A stretch of 57,491 nt of DNA, the filler included, from Catajapyx aquilonaris (Eukaryota), in NCBI GenBank assembly GCA_000934665.2. It is 3 parts of 3 records of this genome, joined end to end, with 100 filler letters (N's around TTAATTAATTAA, not from the genome) between each part and the next. Parts side by side here need not be neighbours in the genome. Positions count along the whole stretch, not along the records: positions 36,742 to 57,491 come from JYFJ02006728.1; 2 more parts are not named here. One strand, given 5' to 3'. This document shows positions 38,056-50,672 of the stretch, piece after piece (the first letter of the stretch is position 1; every line of letters begins with the position of its first letter). Under the pieces are notes generated by a model, which was not told the origin of the DNA, did not search any database, and was given only the letters and a program-made list of their open reading frames with translations. A program made the translations under genes and the position numbers.

Positions 38056-39231
38056 TAATAAATACCGGAGCAAAGAAACTATGGAAAACCAAAATGTTGG
38101 TGGGGGAGTGGGGGATGGTGGTGTGGGATCGAAAAAAGTGGGGGGAATCAAGGTAGAAGGGATTTGGAGCTGGCAGAGCGGCTCCCGGCAAATGCGCGTG
38201 GCCAAAATTCGGATGTTACTGTCGCTCATATCTCGGAAACGGCTGGATAGTGCGATCTAATACTTTCACCACTGTGTCTATCGCACATGAATGACCCCTC
38301 AAGCCAGTTTCAACCAAATCGGAGGTCCTCGACCCTGACCGTTCCCTTGTTAGTATATAGTGGAAACCAGTCATTAATTATTACGAACTCTTTTTCTGAG
38401 TACAGTGCTGCTTCATTCTCAGGATTCATTGTAGTTAACCTTTTGAAAAAGGTACTACGGTATATTTTCATTTTACCTGTATACTAAACATGGAATCACA
38501 GCTAATAGCCTACAGTTGACTCCCGATATAACAGACCAGTAACAGACTTCAAGGGACCGAGATAAAAGTGGGGCCGTACACATATTACCGGTACGTCATC
38601 ATCCAAGGGGGATACATGATGACCAAATACGACGAGGGGGGGAGGGGGGGGTCCAAGATGGGATGAATAACCCAACCGAAACCCGAGGGCGGGGAGGGTG
38701 GGGGTGTTAAAACTGTCAAAAATGTGGTGATGTAATATGGCCCCATTAGTCTGTTATAACAGAGACCTGTAATTATAGCCTAATACTGTATATTGCTACT
38801 TTTTCAACGAAGACACATTATATTAGGTCTGTAGAGCATATGAAATCGTTTACACGCGTTTACATGTAACTGTTTTCTTTCATAATTGTTCGTAGGCCTA
38901 CAGTTTCGGCGAAGCTAAAAAATCTACAATCTGCCCCAGCTGAAGCAAGGCATATTCGGTAGCCACAATCACGAAAGAGAATACGACCAACAGTCCTCGG
39001 ACCAGTTCCTCTGGCAACAAAGCACCCGCAAGATGGGGAGCTCCATAACTATGGGAAAGGTATTTAACGATTAAACATAACTAAGTAGACTACTACCCCA
39101 CTTTTATTTCGGTATCAATCGACTGGTGTCAAGTCACTGTAGAAGCGAACTTGGGACCTCAGAGGTGCTCACCCTTCTCCCATGAGTGGGGCTCCCCCCC
39201 TATTTCCCACCTTCTTGTAACAGAATAATAG

Positions 39232-39472
39232 TATTAATAATAATAATAATAATGGATACCGCGATGGAATCATCTTTTAATTGACCGACTTTGATAATTG
39301 TGATGGGTTTTGATTGCGGGAGGAAACGGGACAAGTCCGAGAAAACCCGCGCGAATACGGAAGGAACCCATCCAAATTATGTCCACATACTGTAAGTATC
39401 CTCTGTCCGACCTGGGGATCGAACTCGGGACCTCAGAGGTGGAAGGCTGTAGCGCTAACAATGACACCAACG
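39232..39472 (-). mobile_element. tRNA-derived SINE (family C)
   Basis: Minus strand B-box GAGTTCGATCCC, body gggttttctcggacttgtcccgtttcctccc, (ATT)n tail. Confidence 0.65.
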
Positions 39473-39490
39473 TACGTGACGCCTCAAATA

Positions 39491-40051
39491 CAGGGTGTTT
39501 ACGACCTAACTTTACAAACTTCTAGGGGTGATGAGGGGACCAAGACAAACATTTTTGACATAGGAATCCGTGTCCGGAAACGCCATCTAGAGGGGGTTCA
39601 TAGACAAGGAACGGGTGTGCTCAGACGCGTCACGCGAGAGGCGCTAGTCGAGCGGACTGTTTTGTTGATAGATGGCGCTCGGATAGTGACCAACGATGCG
39701 ATGTGCCATAACGTGGCAACAGCAGAGCCATCTAGCAACTAAAGTCCGCCTCCTAGGAGACGCGCGGATAGTGAACAGCGATTCTGTTGTTGCCAGGTTA
39801 TGGCGTATCGCGTTGTTGTTTACTTACAACGACGCGATACGCCATAACCTGGCAACAACTGCGCGCCATCTATCAACAAAACAGTCCGCTCGACTTGCGC
39901 CTCTCGCCTGACGCGTTTGAGCGCACCCGTTCCTCGTCTATGAGCCCCCTCTAGATGGCGTTTCCGGACACGGGTTCCTATGTCAAAAATGTTTGTCTTG
40001 GTCCCCTCTATTACCACTGGAAGTTTGTAAAGTTAGGTCGTAAACACCCTG
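39491..40051. mobile_element. Tc1/mariner-type MITE with ~200-bp TIRs
   Basis: TA|cagggtgtttacgacctaactttacaaacttc ... gaagtttgtaaagttaggtcgtaaacaccctg|TA. Confidence 0.9.
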
Positions 40052-40251
40052 TAGGCCTATATTTAAATTGTCGGATTCTTCGGAGTAAAATGCAGAGTAA
40101 TTCCCGCCCTCTACCCCCAATCCGCATCAGGGAAATTTAATTATTGGAGGCGGGAGACAGCGGCGCTAAAGGCCATGGTGACATGCTATAATGATGACCC
40201 ATAAATCGTATAGGGCACTTCAAAATTAACAGACCAGTAGGAAGTGCAGTA

Positions 40252-40631
40252 ATGCAGTGTGTTCATACCTTTGGTTTCAAGGCGACTTTCGATCATCTTC
40301 CGATTGAGATGCAGGTGGAGCTGTTTACCTACCTGCAGACCGAAGACCTCCTCTCAGCTTCACTTGTATGCCATACATGGCGCGTAGCTGCCTTGGACCG
40401 GCGACTGTGGAAAGAAGCCACCCTCAGCGGAGGTAGGATATCAATGGAGAGGGCACTTGAATTGATCGAGCAGATGCCGCTCCTGAGGAAGCTGACTGTG
40501 ACAGACTGGCTGGAATTCCCTGCAGATGAGCTGATCTACAGTGTCGGAACCACCCTCCGCTTCTTGGAGATGCTCATAATCGAACACATAGAACTGGAAA
40601 CTTCTGAGTCACTTGCTCAGGTTGCAAACAA
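40252..40631 (+). CDS. F-box/LRR protein (FBXL-like) exon 1; model join(40252..40631,40936..41683), 375 aa
   Basis: F-box motif FDHLPIEMQVELFTYLQTEDLLSASLVCHTWRVAALDRRLW; donor AA|gtgagt, phase 2. Confidence 0.85.
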
Positions 40632-40935
40632 GTGAGTTGGGAAAATCAAGGCAGCTTTGCGTTTACGGTATAGATAATCAAGGAAATTGTGTTAAAATTG
40701 ACAGGCAATGTATATCCAATACCCAATCCAATGGTTTCAGGATGCTTGAAATAACCACCTTATAGAGTCCCAATATTCAGAGTGACTTTCATCATTCTTT
40801 CTGATCCCACTAAAATGCTTGCCTCGAAAGATGTTGTCAGAAAAAAGGTGGAAGCAGGAGTGCCTGTATGCATTGCAAAGTGTAACAACCAGAGGAAGAT
40901 TCTTTCTCATTTTTTGAATGTTCATTTTCCAACAG

Positions 40936-41683
40936 CTGCGAGCTTCTGAGGGAGCTAGTGATGGCTGAAGTTGACGTTCCAACAACCTTTCGTCATCCCA
41001 TGGATACCTTTGCAAGGAGCTCAGCTCTGCAAAAGATTGATCTGGCCACATTCACCAGCCATAGGTTGCCCTTAGACATGACCATAGAGCGGGAGTGGGG
41101 GAAACTTGTAGATGTTGCACTCAGTAGTGGTTTCGGCGACTCATCTCCGGACGAGGAGATGGAGGTTTTAGGTGGAAACCTGGCCAATCTCCGGAAGCTC
41201 CGAATTGGCCGTTTTCAGCCAGATCAATCGTACTCATTCTTGGGCCAGTGCGAACAACTCGAGGAACTAGACTTGTCAGAGACTAGCTGCGACCCTCAAG
41301 GTGACCTACTTCAAGGACTGCGGAAGCTCCGCAATCTTCGCAGTCTAAGTGTTGGTGACACCTGGGGTTATGATGCATCTGCACTTGTAGAGTACTTTAG
41401 CACACGTGAGGCTGTTCAGCGTTTGCAGAAGATACATTTTTCAGAGTGCATCGGCCTTACTGATACATGCCTGGTCGCAATGGACGTCAACTGCCCCGTC
41501 CTGACAGAACTTACTCTGGACATGTGCCCGTCAATCACAACAATGGGCGTTCTAAATGTAGTGTGTTTGTGCGCAAAACTCAGCTTTATCAGACTGTACA
41601 ATTGTCCACTCGTAGATCTCACACCCTGCTCTAGTTGGATTCGAGACTGCTATCCGGACGTTCATATCATGGAGATTCCATGA
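40936..41683 (+). CDS. F-box/LRR protein exon 2 (leucine-rich repeats)
   Basis: ttccaacag| phase 2 matches; cysteine-containing LRRs (LEELDLSET, LRNLRSLSV, LQKIHFSECIGLTD, CPVLTELTLDMCPSIT, CAKLSFIRLYNC); AATAAA near 41772. Confidence 0.88.
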
Positions 41684-41782
41684 GGCAACACACATCTAGA
41701 GGGATCTCATTTTGTTTATGATCTCTTTTATTGTTCAAAAAACAAGGTTGTAAATTGTGTTACCTATAAATAATAAATAAAT

Positions 41783-42024
41783 GAAGGGTATTGTGCAAGA
41801 AGGGGATATGTTAACTTTTGGTCGAAATTCACTTCATGGGTTGCTCCTGCTGGAAAAAATTGCCAGATTGTTTGGGCAAGAATGGGAGTCATCCGCGGGC
41901 ACAGGCGGATGACTGCCCTTCTTGTACCAAACGATCCGGCCATTTTTTTTTTTAAAGGAGCAGCCCGTGAAGTGAATTAGGACCAAATGTGGATATATCT
42001 CCTTCATGCCATACCATACTCTTC
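41783..42024. mobile_element. palindromic MITE
   Basis: gaagg(g)gatat...ttggtc..aattcacttca.ggg.tgctcc mirrored by ggagcagcccgtgaagtgaatt..gaccaa...atatctccttc; centre gtcatccgc/gcggatgac. Confidence 0.65.
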
Positions 42025-44527
42025 AGTTCACATGCAATTTTGTCATTATTTTCAGGTACCTAAAGAGATGCATCTTTACATTATTTTGACGACTTCAAAT
42101 ATCTAAAAACCAAAGTCTCATTGTAGAGTGGGAGAGAATTGAAAGATGATGACCGTAGGTTTGTTAAGCAAACTTTTTTTTTGTCCAACCAAACTATAGA
42201 TATTTAGCACCTGCAAAGGTTCCACTGATGCGGCATATCATGGCACTGGTCGTAGTGAAACTTACATTTTGTCATAACATGTTGTGTGAGTGACATGAAA
42301 TCTCGACTTTGATTAGGGGCTGGCAAAATAATTTCTGGAAAATAAATTAATCGAAATTCTAACCCATGGCCCAAAATTATGTAGAGTTATAAAGCTACCG
42401 GATTTTTTAAATACTTTTTTCCGGTATAGTATTGTATTGTGATGTAATTCGTTTTGTTGTCCTTATCCGTTTGGCATTTCTATTAATTCAGGGCTAAAAT
42501 TAAAACTGTACGATACATATACAGTTGAGTCCGGATATAACAGCCTCGACGCTAACAGACTCGAAAGGACGGCCCAGGCAAATTCCAAAAGGCCCTGTGT
42601 ACAGACTCATTTTCCCGTAACCTCGCGTATAACTGAGACCATTTTTGGCGCCGTTGCGTCGTCGTCTCAGTGGAAAAATGTGCTGTTTTTGCGGATTTTG
42701 ATTACTCAGCTTCCTTTCCCACTCGAGGAACGCACTGCATACTGGAGCGAGGGGGATTTTCCCACCTGTCACTGATCTAACACCCGCCGAAATGGTCAAA
42801 ATCATTTTTTTCTGGTATATTTGGCAAGAACGAGACGGAAGAAGAACATTTTGGATTATTTTTTTTTGTCCGACTGAGTACGTTACGGGTGAGCTAATTT
42901 TGAACTTTGTGATCAAGATCGAGGAAGTGACAGTAATGTTTTGCACATTTTGTGAGCAGTTTGTAATATCAATATGTTATGGAATTATTGCAACATCACA
43001 AAATATTCAATGTCCAATAATATTTTTCATGGCAAAAATTGTCAGCAAAGTTATTATTTTAAAGTCTGTATAAAATGCAGTTTTCTCTAAACAATATGTC
43101 CATTCCATGACCAAATCCATCTCCCTAGACAAAACCCTCTTTTTTTCAAGAAATGGTATAGCTAGGATCCTCAGAAGAGTTAGTCTAATCTAATATACAG
43201 GGTGTAAATCCTAAGCGTGTCACCAGAAAAGGTGGTGGTAGAGGGTGCAGGTGTGAGCATTTTTGCATAAGGAACCAGGGGTCGGAAACGCACCTGCCAA
43301 GCCCCCCTCACCCACTCACCCGCCGCGTGCCGAACGCCTCTTGCACACTGCCTGCCGCAAACTTGAAAGGGGCGTAAAGCCCGCTACACAAATTCGGCGG
43401 AAGGCTGAGCGGGCGGCAAGAGTGCGTTTGGGGGCGTGGTTAGGGGCGCGGAACGGAGCGGTGGCAATCGCACGAGTCCATCCGGATGGACTTGAGCGAT
43501 TCCCACCGCACCCGTTTTGACACTACCTCGTTTTAAAACCTGTCTGTCCGTGTAAAATAAAAATAAAAAATAAAAAATAAAAAATGGGGTTTTTGAGAAA
43601 ATAATTTATGAAATATGCGTGTTTTCGCTTGTTGCCATATTTTCACCTCGCATATCTCAACGACACGCGGAGCTAGCAAAGGTTTTATTGCATAACCTTT
43701 AGGGGTCACCGAGTATATCACAAAATATAATCGGCATAACCGTCACGTTTACCATAACGCCGTAATAAATTGCGAAATATGCGACTTTTGGCCAAAAATG
43801 CAATGTTGGAGGTTTTTTTGCAGGTGACTGTAGCAGTAAATAAGGTAAATTTATGCATTACATAGCAGCGTGTTATTCCAAAAGCATGTGTTTAAAATTT
43901 CATGTTGGTTTTCAGAACAGTTCCCGAATTATACTCATTGAAAGCAATGGAAAAAGTGCAGCTTCCCGTGAAGGTTATTTTGGTACCCCTTGAAAGAAAT
44001 ATTAATATCTAGATAACTAAATTTAATCTCGTAAAACTGATTGCTCCATAAGGGTTCAATTGGATGTGGGTTTCACATATATTTTAAAAAATCGAAGACC
44101 ATGATTGGGCACCCTCTGTCTGGATTGAAATGGAACCAGCCAGAGGGTGTTACAGACCGGTGGGTCACTTTTTAATGACTTCTATAGGGCGATATCAGTT
44201 ATCAGGGTTATCATACACCTGTCAAAGCGACAATCAATAACTGAAATAACAGATAACGCCTACGAGAAAATTCTACTTCTTAATTAGAATAATGTAAATC
44301 ATCTCATAATAATTATGAGATGTGACTTACGAGGTTTTTTGCAGAGATGGATTGAGCTAAATGGGGGGTCTAACGAAAGCGCCTTGTGAAGTCACCACTT
44401 ACATATCCTAATTACAGTCTCAAAACGAAGAAGTGACCAGTGCACCCCATCCTTTATTCACGATTCATTTTTTACTATCCTACGAATGAGAAAAAAAAGG
44501 TTTCGCTCTTAACTGGGGAATTTTGTT

Positions 44528-44543
44528 GGCCCTGAAAAGGGCC
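44528..44543 (-). terminator. histone 3' stem-loop (H4)
   Basis: Minus strand GGCCCTTTTCAGGGCC followed by aacaa and purine-rich AAGAG. Confidence 0.92.
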
Positions 44544-44585
44544 GTTTGTTTTAGTTGAGTTCTACTGGCAGGATCACCCCTTGAT

Positions 44586-45653
<1,068 letters not shown>

Positions 45654-45709
45654 ACCTCCTCAGACTTCCTTTTGGGAAGGACCACCACCAGCCACAGCCT
45701 TAAACAAGC

Positions 45710-45725
45710 AGCCCTTTTCAGGGCT
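45710..45725 (+). terminator. histone 3' stem-loop (H3)
   Basis: AGCCCTTTTCAGGGCT accac, then ttgagat downstream element. Confidence 0.9.
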
Positions 45726-46319
45726 ACCACACCTATCACGTTGAGATATACATTTTGGACCAAATAGCATCAATGAGCTCTTCGGAACATTTCAGAAGAA
45801 AATGGGCGATCTAATAAAAACATATCCCCCTCACCCGAGTACCGGATCCCAATTACAACAATCATAACAAGTTAGTATTGATAAGCTGAAAAAGAGGAAG
45901 TTCTAATGATATGGTCGGCATGGAAATATTTGAATATTGTCAGTTTGTCTGTTACAGTCAGCAGCAAATTGATTGGTGTACATAGCTACATTGTTAGGAG
46001 GTATCTGGCATGCTGCAAAATTATATTATACAGTATGTACTATATCGGGTTGGCGCGTCTAATATTTACTGCTATTATTCTGCGATGTGACATGATTGTA
46101 ACACATCAACTTTTTTTTAAATATTTCAGCTCGAAAGAAGGCCAATTATTGATTGTAACCAGACAATTCAACTTGCCCGTAAGAGTCTGGAACAAAAAAT
46201 TTCAGTATCTCGATTCACAGTTTCAAAAGCTAAAATTAGACAACCTGAGCAATACAATGTATGTATGTTAGTTTATTTTTGCTCTCTCTGTGTTCGCCTT
46301 CTCACGTGAATCTTGTGGT

Positions 46320-46335
46320 AGCCCTTAAAAGGGCT
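46320..46335 (-). terminator. histone 3' stem-loop (H2A)
   Basis: Minus strand AGCCCTTTTAAGGGCT accac, then gtgagaagg. Confidence 0.88.
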
Positions 46336-46377
46336 GTTTAGTTTATAAGAGGCGGTAGAGATGTGTGGACGGTGAAT

Positions 46378-46754
46378 CTAAGCCTTCTTCTCGGTCTTCT
46401 TTGGGAGGAGGACGGCCTGGATGTTCGGCAGCACCCCTCCCTGGGCGATGGTCACCCCCGAGAAGACCTTGTTGAGCTCCTCGTCGTTCCTGACGGCCAG
46501 CTGGAGAGGTGGCGCGGGTTGATCCTCGACTTCGTGTTGTCACGGGCCGCGTTGCCTGCCATCTCGAGCACCTCGGCGGCCAGGTACTCCATCACGGCCG
46601 CCAAGTAGACGGGGGCCCCAGACCCGACTCGAGAGGCGTAGTTGCCCTTCCGCAGAAGACGATGGACACGGCCTACGGGGAACAACAGGCCGGCCCGGCT
46701 GGAGCGGGTCTTCGGCTTCGGCTTCGTCTTGCCTCCCTTTCCACGGCCAGTCAT
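46378..46754 (-). pseudogene. His2A: divergent histone H2A with +2 frameshift
   Basis: [32 protein letters not shown]...RINPRHL, then a 2-nt insertion (cacCTCTccag, ~46504-46507), then [41 protein letters not shown] in the shifted frame; 377 nt = 375+2. Confidence 0.88.
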
Positions 46755-47037
46755 CTTCTTGGTGCGGTGTGAGATCAGTGCCGGACAAGCAGACGAACAG
46801 AAGTCTAGGCAGTGAATGAAGACGGGCGGGGGTTGGGTGACCCTTAAATAGGGGAAACAGTCTGCAATAAGGGCGCGCTCTGATTGGCCCGAGTGGAGCT
46901 AATGGGAGAGCGCGGCCGCAGGCGCTTGCGTACCCTCTGCCTGCTATAAAAAGGCCACCAGAGATGCGCGAATCCTCATTCCACGCCTGGTACCTACTCA
47001 TCGAATTCACTTCGTGTCCAGACAGCTCCGTCTCAAG
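46755..47037. promoter_or_regulatory. divergent H2A/H2B promoter
   Basis: TATTTAA (-) 46844-50, CCAAT (-) 46883-87, TATAAAAA (+) 46945-52. Confidence 0.72.
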
Positions 47038-47364
47038 ATGCCATCCAAGAAGACCGTTCGCAGCACGGCCGACAAGAGGAGGAGGAGGAAGGGCAAGAGG
47101 AGGGAGAGCTACGCCATGTACATATACAAGGTGCTGAAGCAGGTCCACCCGCACACGGGCGTCTCCTCCAAGGCCATGTCCATCATGAACAGCTTCGTCA
47201 ACGACATCTTCGAGCGCATAGCGGCAGAGCCCTCCCGCCTGGCCCACTACAGCAAGAGGTCCACCATCACCTCCCGGGAGATCCTGAATGCCGTCCGACT
47301 CCTGCTGCCTGGAGAGCTGGCCAAGCATGCCGTCTCTGAAGGGACAAAGGCCGTCACCAAGTAG
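47038..47364 (+). CDS. His2B: divergent histone H2B with short Arg-rich N-tail, truncated by 5 residues through a 5-bp insertion (possible pseudogene)
   Basis: [38 protein letters not shown]...KAVTK*; the original YTSSK* is still readable at 47367-47384. Confidence 0.88.
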   Translation: MPSKKTVRSTADKRRRRKGKRRESYAMYIYKVLKQVHPHTGVSSKAMSIMNSFVNDIFERIAAEPSRLAHYSKRSTITSREILNAVRLLLPGELAKHAVSEGTKAVTK

Positions 47365-47417
47365 CCTACACCTCCTCCAAGTAGATCGCTCCTCTTCATC
47401 CAGACAACTAAGCAAAC

Positions 47418-47433
47418 GGTCATTTTCAGGGCC
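47418..47433 (+). terminator. histone 3' stem-loop (H2B), one stem mismatch
   Basis: GGTCATTTTCAGGGCC aacac, then gtagagatg. Confidence 0.75.
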
Positions 47434-47540
47434 AACACTTTTCTCAAGTAGAGATGAGCATTGTTGCGACATGTCTGAATTTCAGCTGGAACTTGGGGGG
47501 AACGAATAAAATTGCAAGCAAAAAGAGGCTCAAAAGGTAG

Positions 47541-48107
47541 ATTAAGGACTGTCAGACCTGCTTCCAGGTAAGGTTGTTTTTGTTATAACTTACTTCCTGC
47601 TCTAGCAAGTGGCATGAAGGCTTGCGTACATAGAGAGGTGAGACAACATGACATCTGTTCTTCTTCTAGGCCATGGGCAATGACTCCCTCTACTTTGGTG
47701 AGGTGGGAAGAGCCACCCAGATTAACATATTCCTCCAACAGTTTCGTGCAGTTATGTTGGCTGGCTCAAATGAAAGCATGACGCTGGCCCTAGAGATGGG
47801 CTTAAAGGAGGAAGATGTACTGCACGTTATCCAACGGACTTCCCTCAAGTGCCCTGCTGTCCTTGAAAACATGGGAGCCCTGATCAATGGAGGCTTCTCC
47901 AGCCAAATCCTGCTGGACCACATGCTCACCTCCCTGAATCTAGCCATCTCTATGCGTGATCAGAAGAACCAACCAATGCCAATGACTATCAGGGCCTACG
48001 AAGCATTAAGGATTAAGCAGGGCATTATGAATGGCTACTTGAAGTACAAATCATCATCTGTTAATGTAGGTGCAGTCTTACTATGCGTCTATGCCACTCT
48101 GCTCTGA
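47541..48107 (+). pseudogene. 5'-truncated GLYR1/N-PAC/NDF-like (beta-hydroxyacid dehydrogenase C-terminal domain) gene fragment, two exons 47541..47567 and 47670..48107
   Basis: KDCQTCFQ|gtaagg...ttcttctag|AMGNDSLYFGEVGRATQIN...TSLKCP...GGFS..ILLDHM...LNLAISM.D..NQPMPM parallels GLYR1 DC..CFQAMGK.SF.LGEVGNA...DLRLAI...D..N.P.PM. No upstream coding sequence; in-frame TAG at 47538-40. Confidence 0.72.
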
Positions 48108-48524
48108 TAATTGTAAGTGTTGACTGACCTAACATTTCTTTCATTTTTGTAGTACCATACTACAGCAAGGGTAAGATAACTTATTCGTTTCAGGAGGTGG
48201 CTTGTGTCCTTGGCAACCATATTTAAGCCCTGCCCCTAACCGGTCGACCTGTCAAGATTCGATTTCAAAGTAGATGGGCGTTATGTTCTAAAACCTCAAG
48301 AATGAGATGAGTTTGTTTACACTAACGCAAACCCACAAGGGGGGAAATATTTCCCCACCAATCGTTTTAAATTCCATACAAAAAACTCGGCATAGGGTGG
48401 GGCTAATTATGGTTGCCAAGGACACAAGCCACCTCCCAAAACGAATAAGTTATCTTACTCCTACTGTAGTACTGTACTACCTGGCTTATAAACGCCACGA
48501 ATGGTCATGTTAATCCAACCTTAA

Positions 48525-50379
48525 GGGCGCACGGTCACGACGATTTTTCCCACTCGCGGAGGCCAAGTTGGGCCGAGGGACGGGTGCAGCGTTGTGTTCG
48601 CACCGCCGGTGTGGCCGTCTCGCTGGAGGTGCGGACCTGAAATTGTCACAGCATGGCGACGAAGAGCCAATTGAGCCTCCCGACCAAGGCTCGATCAATT
48701 CGGATAAAAATTGCGCGATCCAGAAGGGGAAGAATTTTTAAAAAACGGGTCACGGCATCTTGGCTCAGGATGCGAATTTGGGAAGAATCTCGCTTTGTCA
48801 CGATTGCCTTAGCGCTCCTCTTGCTACTCCTCCAAAGCGCGATTTTTTGGGCCGGTGGTTTTTGCGCAAGTAGGAAAATCCTGTCACCCCCGCAACAAGT
48901 CAAATAGCCGGGAGAACTCGCTGATGAAGAGCGGTTGGTAGTGCAGCCGAGCCCCACCACCCCACCTCAACCAACCCTACTCTCTCGCACTTGCTTGCTG
49001 CAGGGGGGAACCGGATTGGGATGGTTTTTGGGCTAAAAGGGTACGGACGATGCCTGGTGTTCTGCGTAATCGTGGAATGCGTACCATAGATAATATCACT
49101 GAATATGACTTATACATTATTTTCCCCGGCAAATGCATTGAAGCGCTGGCCAATGGACGGAACAAATCGACTTGCTTCTTGAGGAAGCGAATCACCGCTA
49201 TTTTTACTATTTCTTTCCATTTTTGTTGTTGTTGGTGGTGGTGTTGTTGTTATTATTATTATGATCGTTAATGATGATGATGATGATGCTAATAATGCGG
49301 TCACTCTCATTGTACGCGTGGGACCAATTTTTCTGAAGCATATGCAACCAAACTTGTCAATCGAGTTCAATAATCCTTATACCCCGGGGGTAGGTAAGTT
49401 GGGGGGGTCCTCCTGCTAATTGCTCCCTTTCTCTGCATCGGCCCATGACCTCGTGCACTTGGATGACATCTGGGAAGGTCCACACATCGCCCTGGAGGGC
49501 CGAAGGGTGGAGCACTTGAGGCGACAGGAGGACCCCCAACTTACCTACCCCCGGGGTATATAAAGATTATTGAACTCGATTGACAAGTTTGGTTGCATAT
49601 ATGCGTCAGAAAAATTGGTCCCACGCGTACAATGCGAGTGACCGCATTATTAGCATCATCATCATCATTAACGATCATAATAATAATAATAACAACAACA
49701 CCACCACCACCAACAAAAATGGAAAGAAATAGTAAAAATAGCAGTGATTCGCTTCCGCACGAAGCAAGTCGATTTGCTCCGTCCATTGGCCAGCGCTTCA
49801 ATGCATTTGCAGGGGAAAATAATGTATAAGTCATATTCAGTGATATTCTCTATGGTATGCATTCCACGATTACGCAGAACACCAGGCATCGTCCGTACCC
49901 TTTTAGCCCCGAAACCATCCCAAAATCCGGTTCCCCCCTGCAGCAAGCAAGTGGAGAGTAGGGTTGGTTGAGGTGGGAGGTGGGGTGGGGGNTACTCGAT
50001 TTTACTTGTTGCGGGGGTGACTGGATTTTTCTACTTGCGCAAAAACCACCGGCCCAAAAAATCGCGCTTTGGAGGAGTAGCAAGAGGAGGGCTAAGGCCA
50101 TCGTGAGACGTCGAGATTCTTCCCAAATTCGCATCCTGGGCCAAGATGCCGTGACCCGTTTTTTAAAAACTCTTCCCCTTCTAGATCGCGCAATTATTAT
50201 CCGAATTGATCGAGCCTTGGTCGGGAGGCTCAATTGGCTCTTCCTCGCCATGCTGTGACAATTTCAGGTCCGCACCTCCAGCGAGACGGCCACACCGGCG
50301 GTGCGAACACAACGCTGCACACGTCCCTCGGCCCAACTTGGCCTCCGCGAGTGGGAAAAATCGTCGTGACCGTGCGCCC
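48525..50379. mobile_element. 1.86-kb palindromic element with TTAA TSD (Kolobok-like termini)
   Basis: TTAA|gggcgcacggtcacgacgatttttcccac ... gtgggaaaaatcgtcgtgaccgtgcgccc|TTAA; arms ~48525-49411 and ~49527-50379 are highly similar. Superfamily inferred from TTAA plus purine-start termini. Confidence 0.85.
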
Positions 50380-50407
50380 TTAAAGAGTCTCTGCTGGCGC
50401 TGGCGTT

Positions 50408-50672
50408 GCTCACTGGGGCCAGTGGGTTGCCAGATTCACTCGGGCGGACACCTTCTGAACCAACCCAAACAGTAAATACCAATATTAGCTCTTGTAAATA
50501 CTCAGTACAGCACCCTCAGCCCCATTCTGCAGATTTGGCTGCCCACCTGAATGAGCCTGTGATGTATGTGATGTAGGTGATGTAGGTGATGTAGGTGATG
50601 TATGTGATGTATGTGTGTGAGGTATGTGCTGTGTGTGTGTGTGTATGGCAACCCGCTGGCCCCAGTGAGTGA
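50408..50672. repeat. small inverted-repeat element enclosing (GATGTAGGT)n/(TG)n simple repeats
   Basis: ctcactggggccagtgggttgcca mirrored by tggcaacccgctggccccagtgag. Confidence 0.55.

Noticed and set aside
46540..47472. 310-aa minus-strand ORF, and similar antisense ORFs over H3 and H4
   Set aside because: Shadow ORFs produced by GC-rich histone codon usage; no independent homology.
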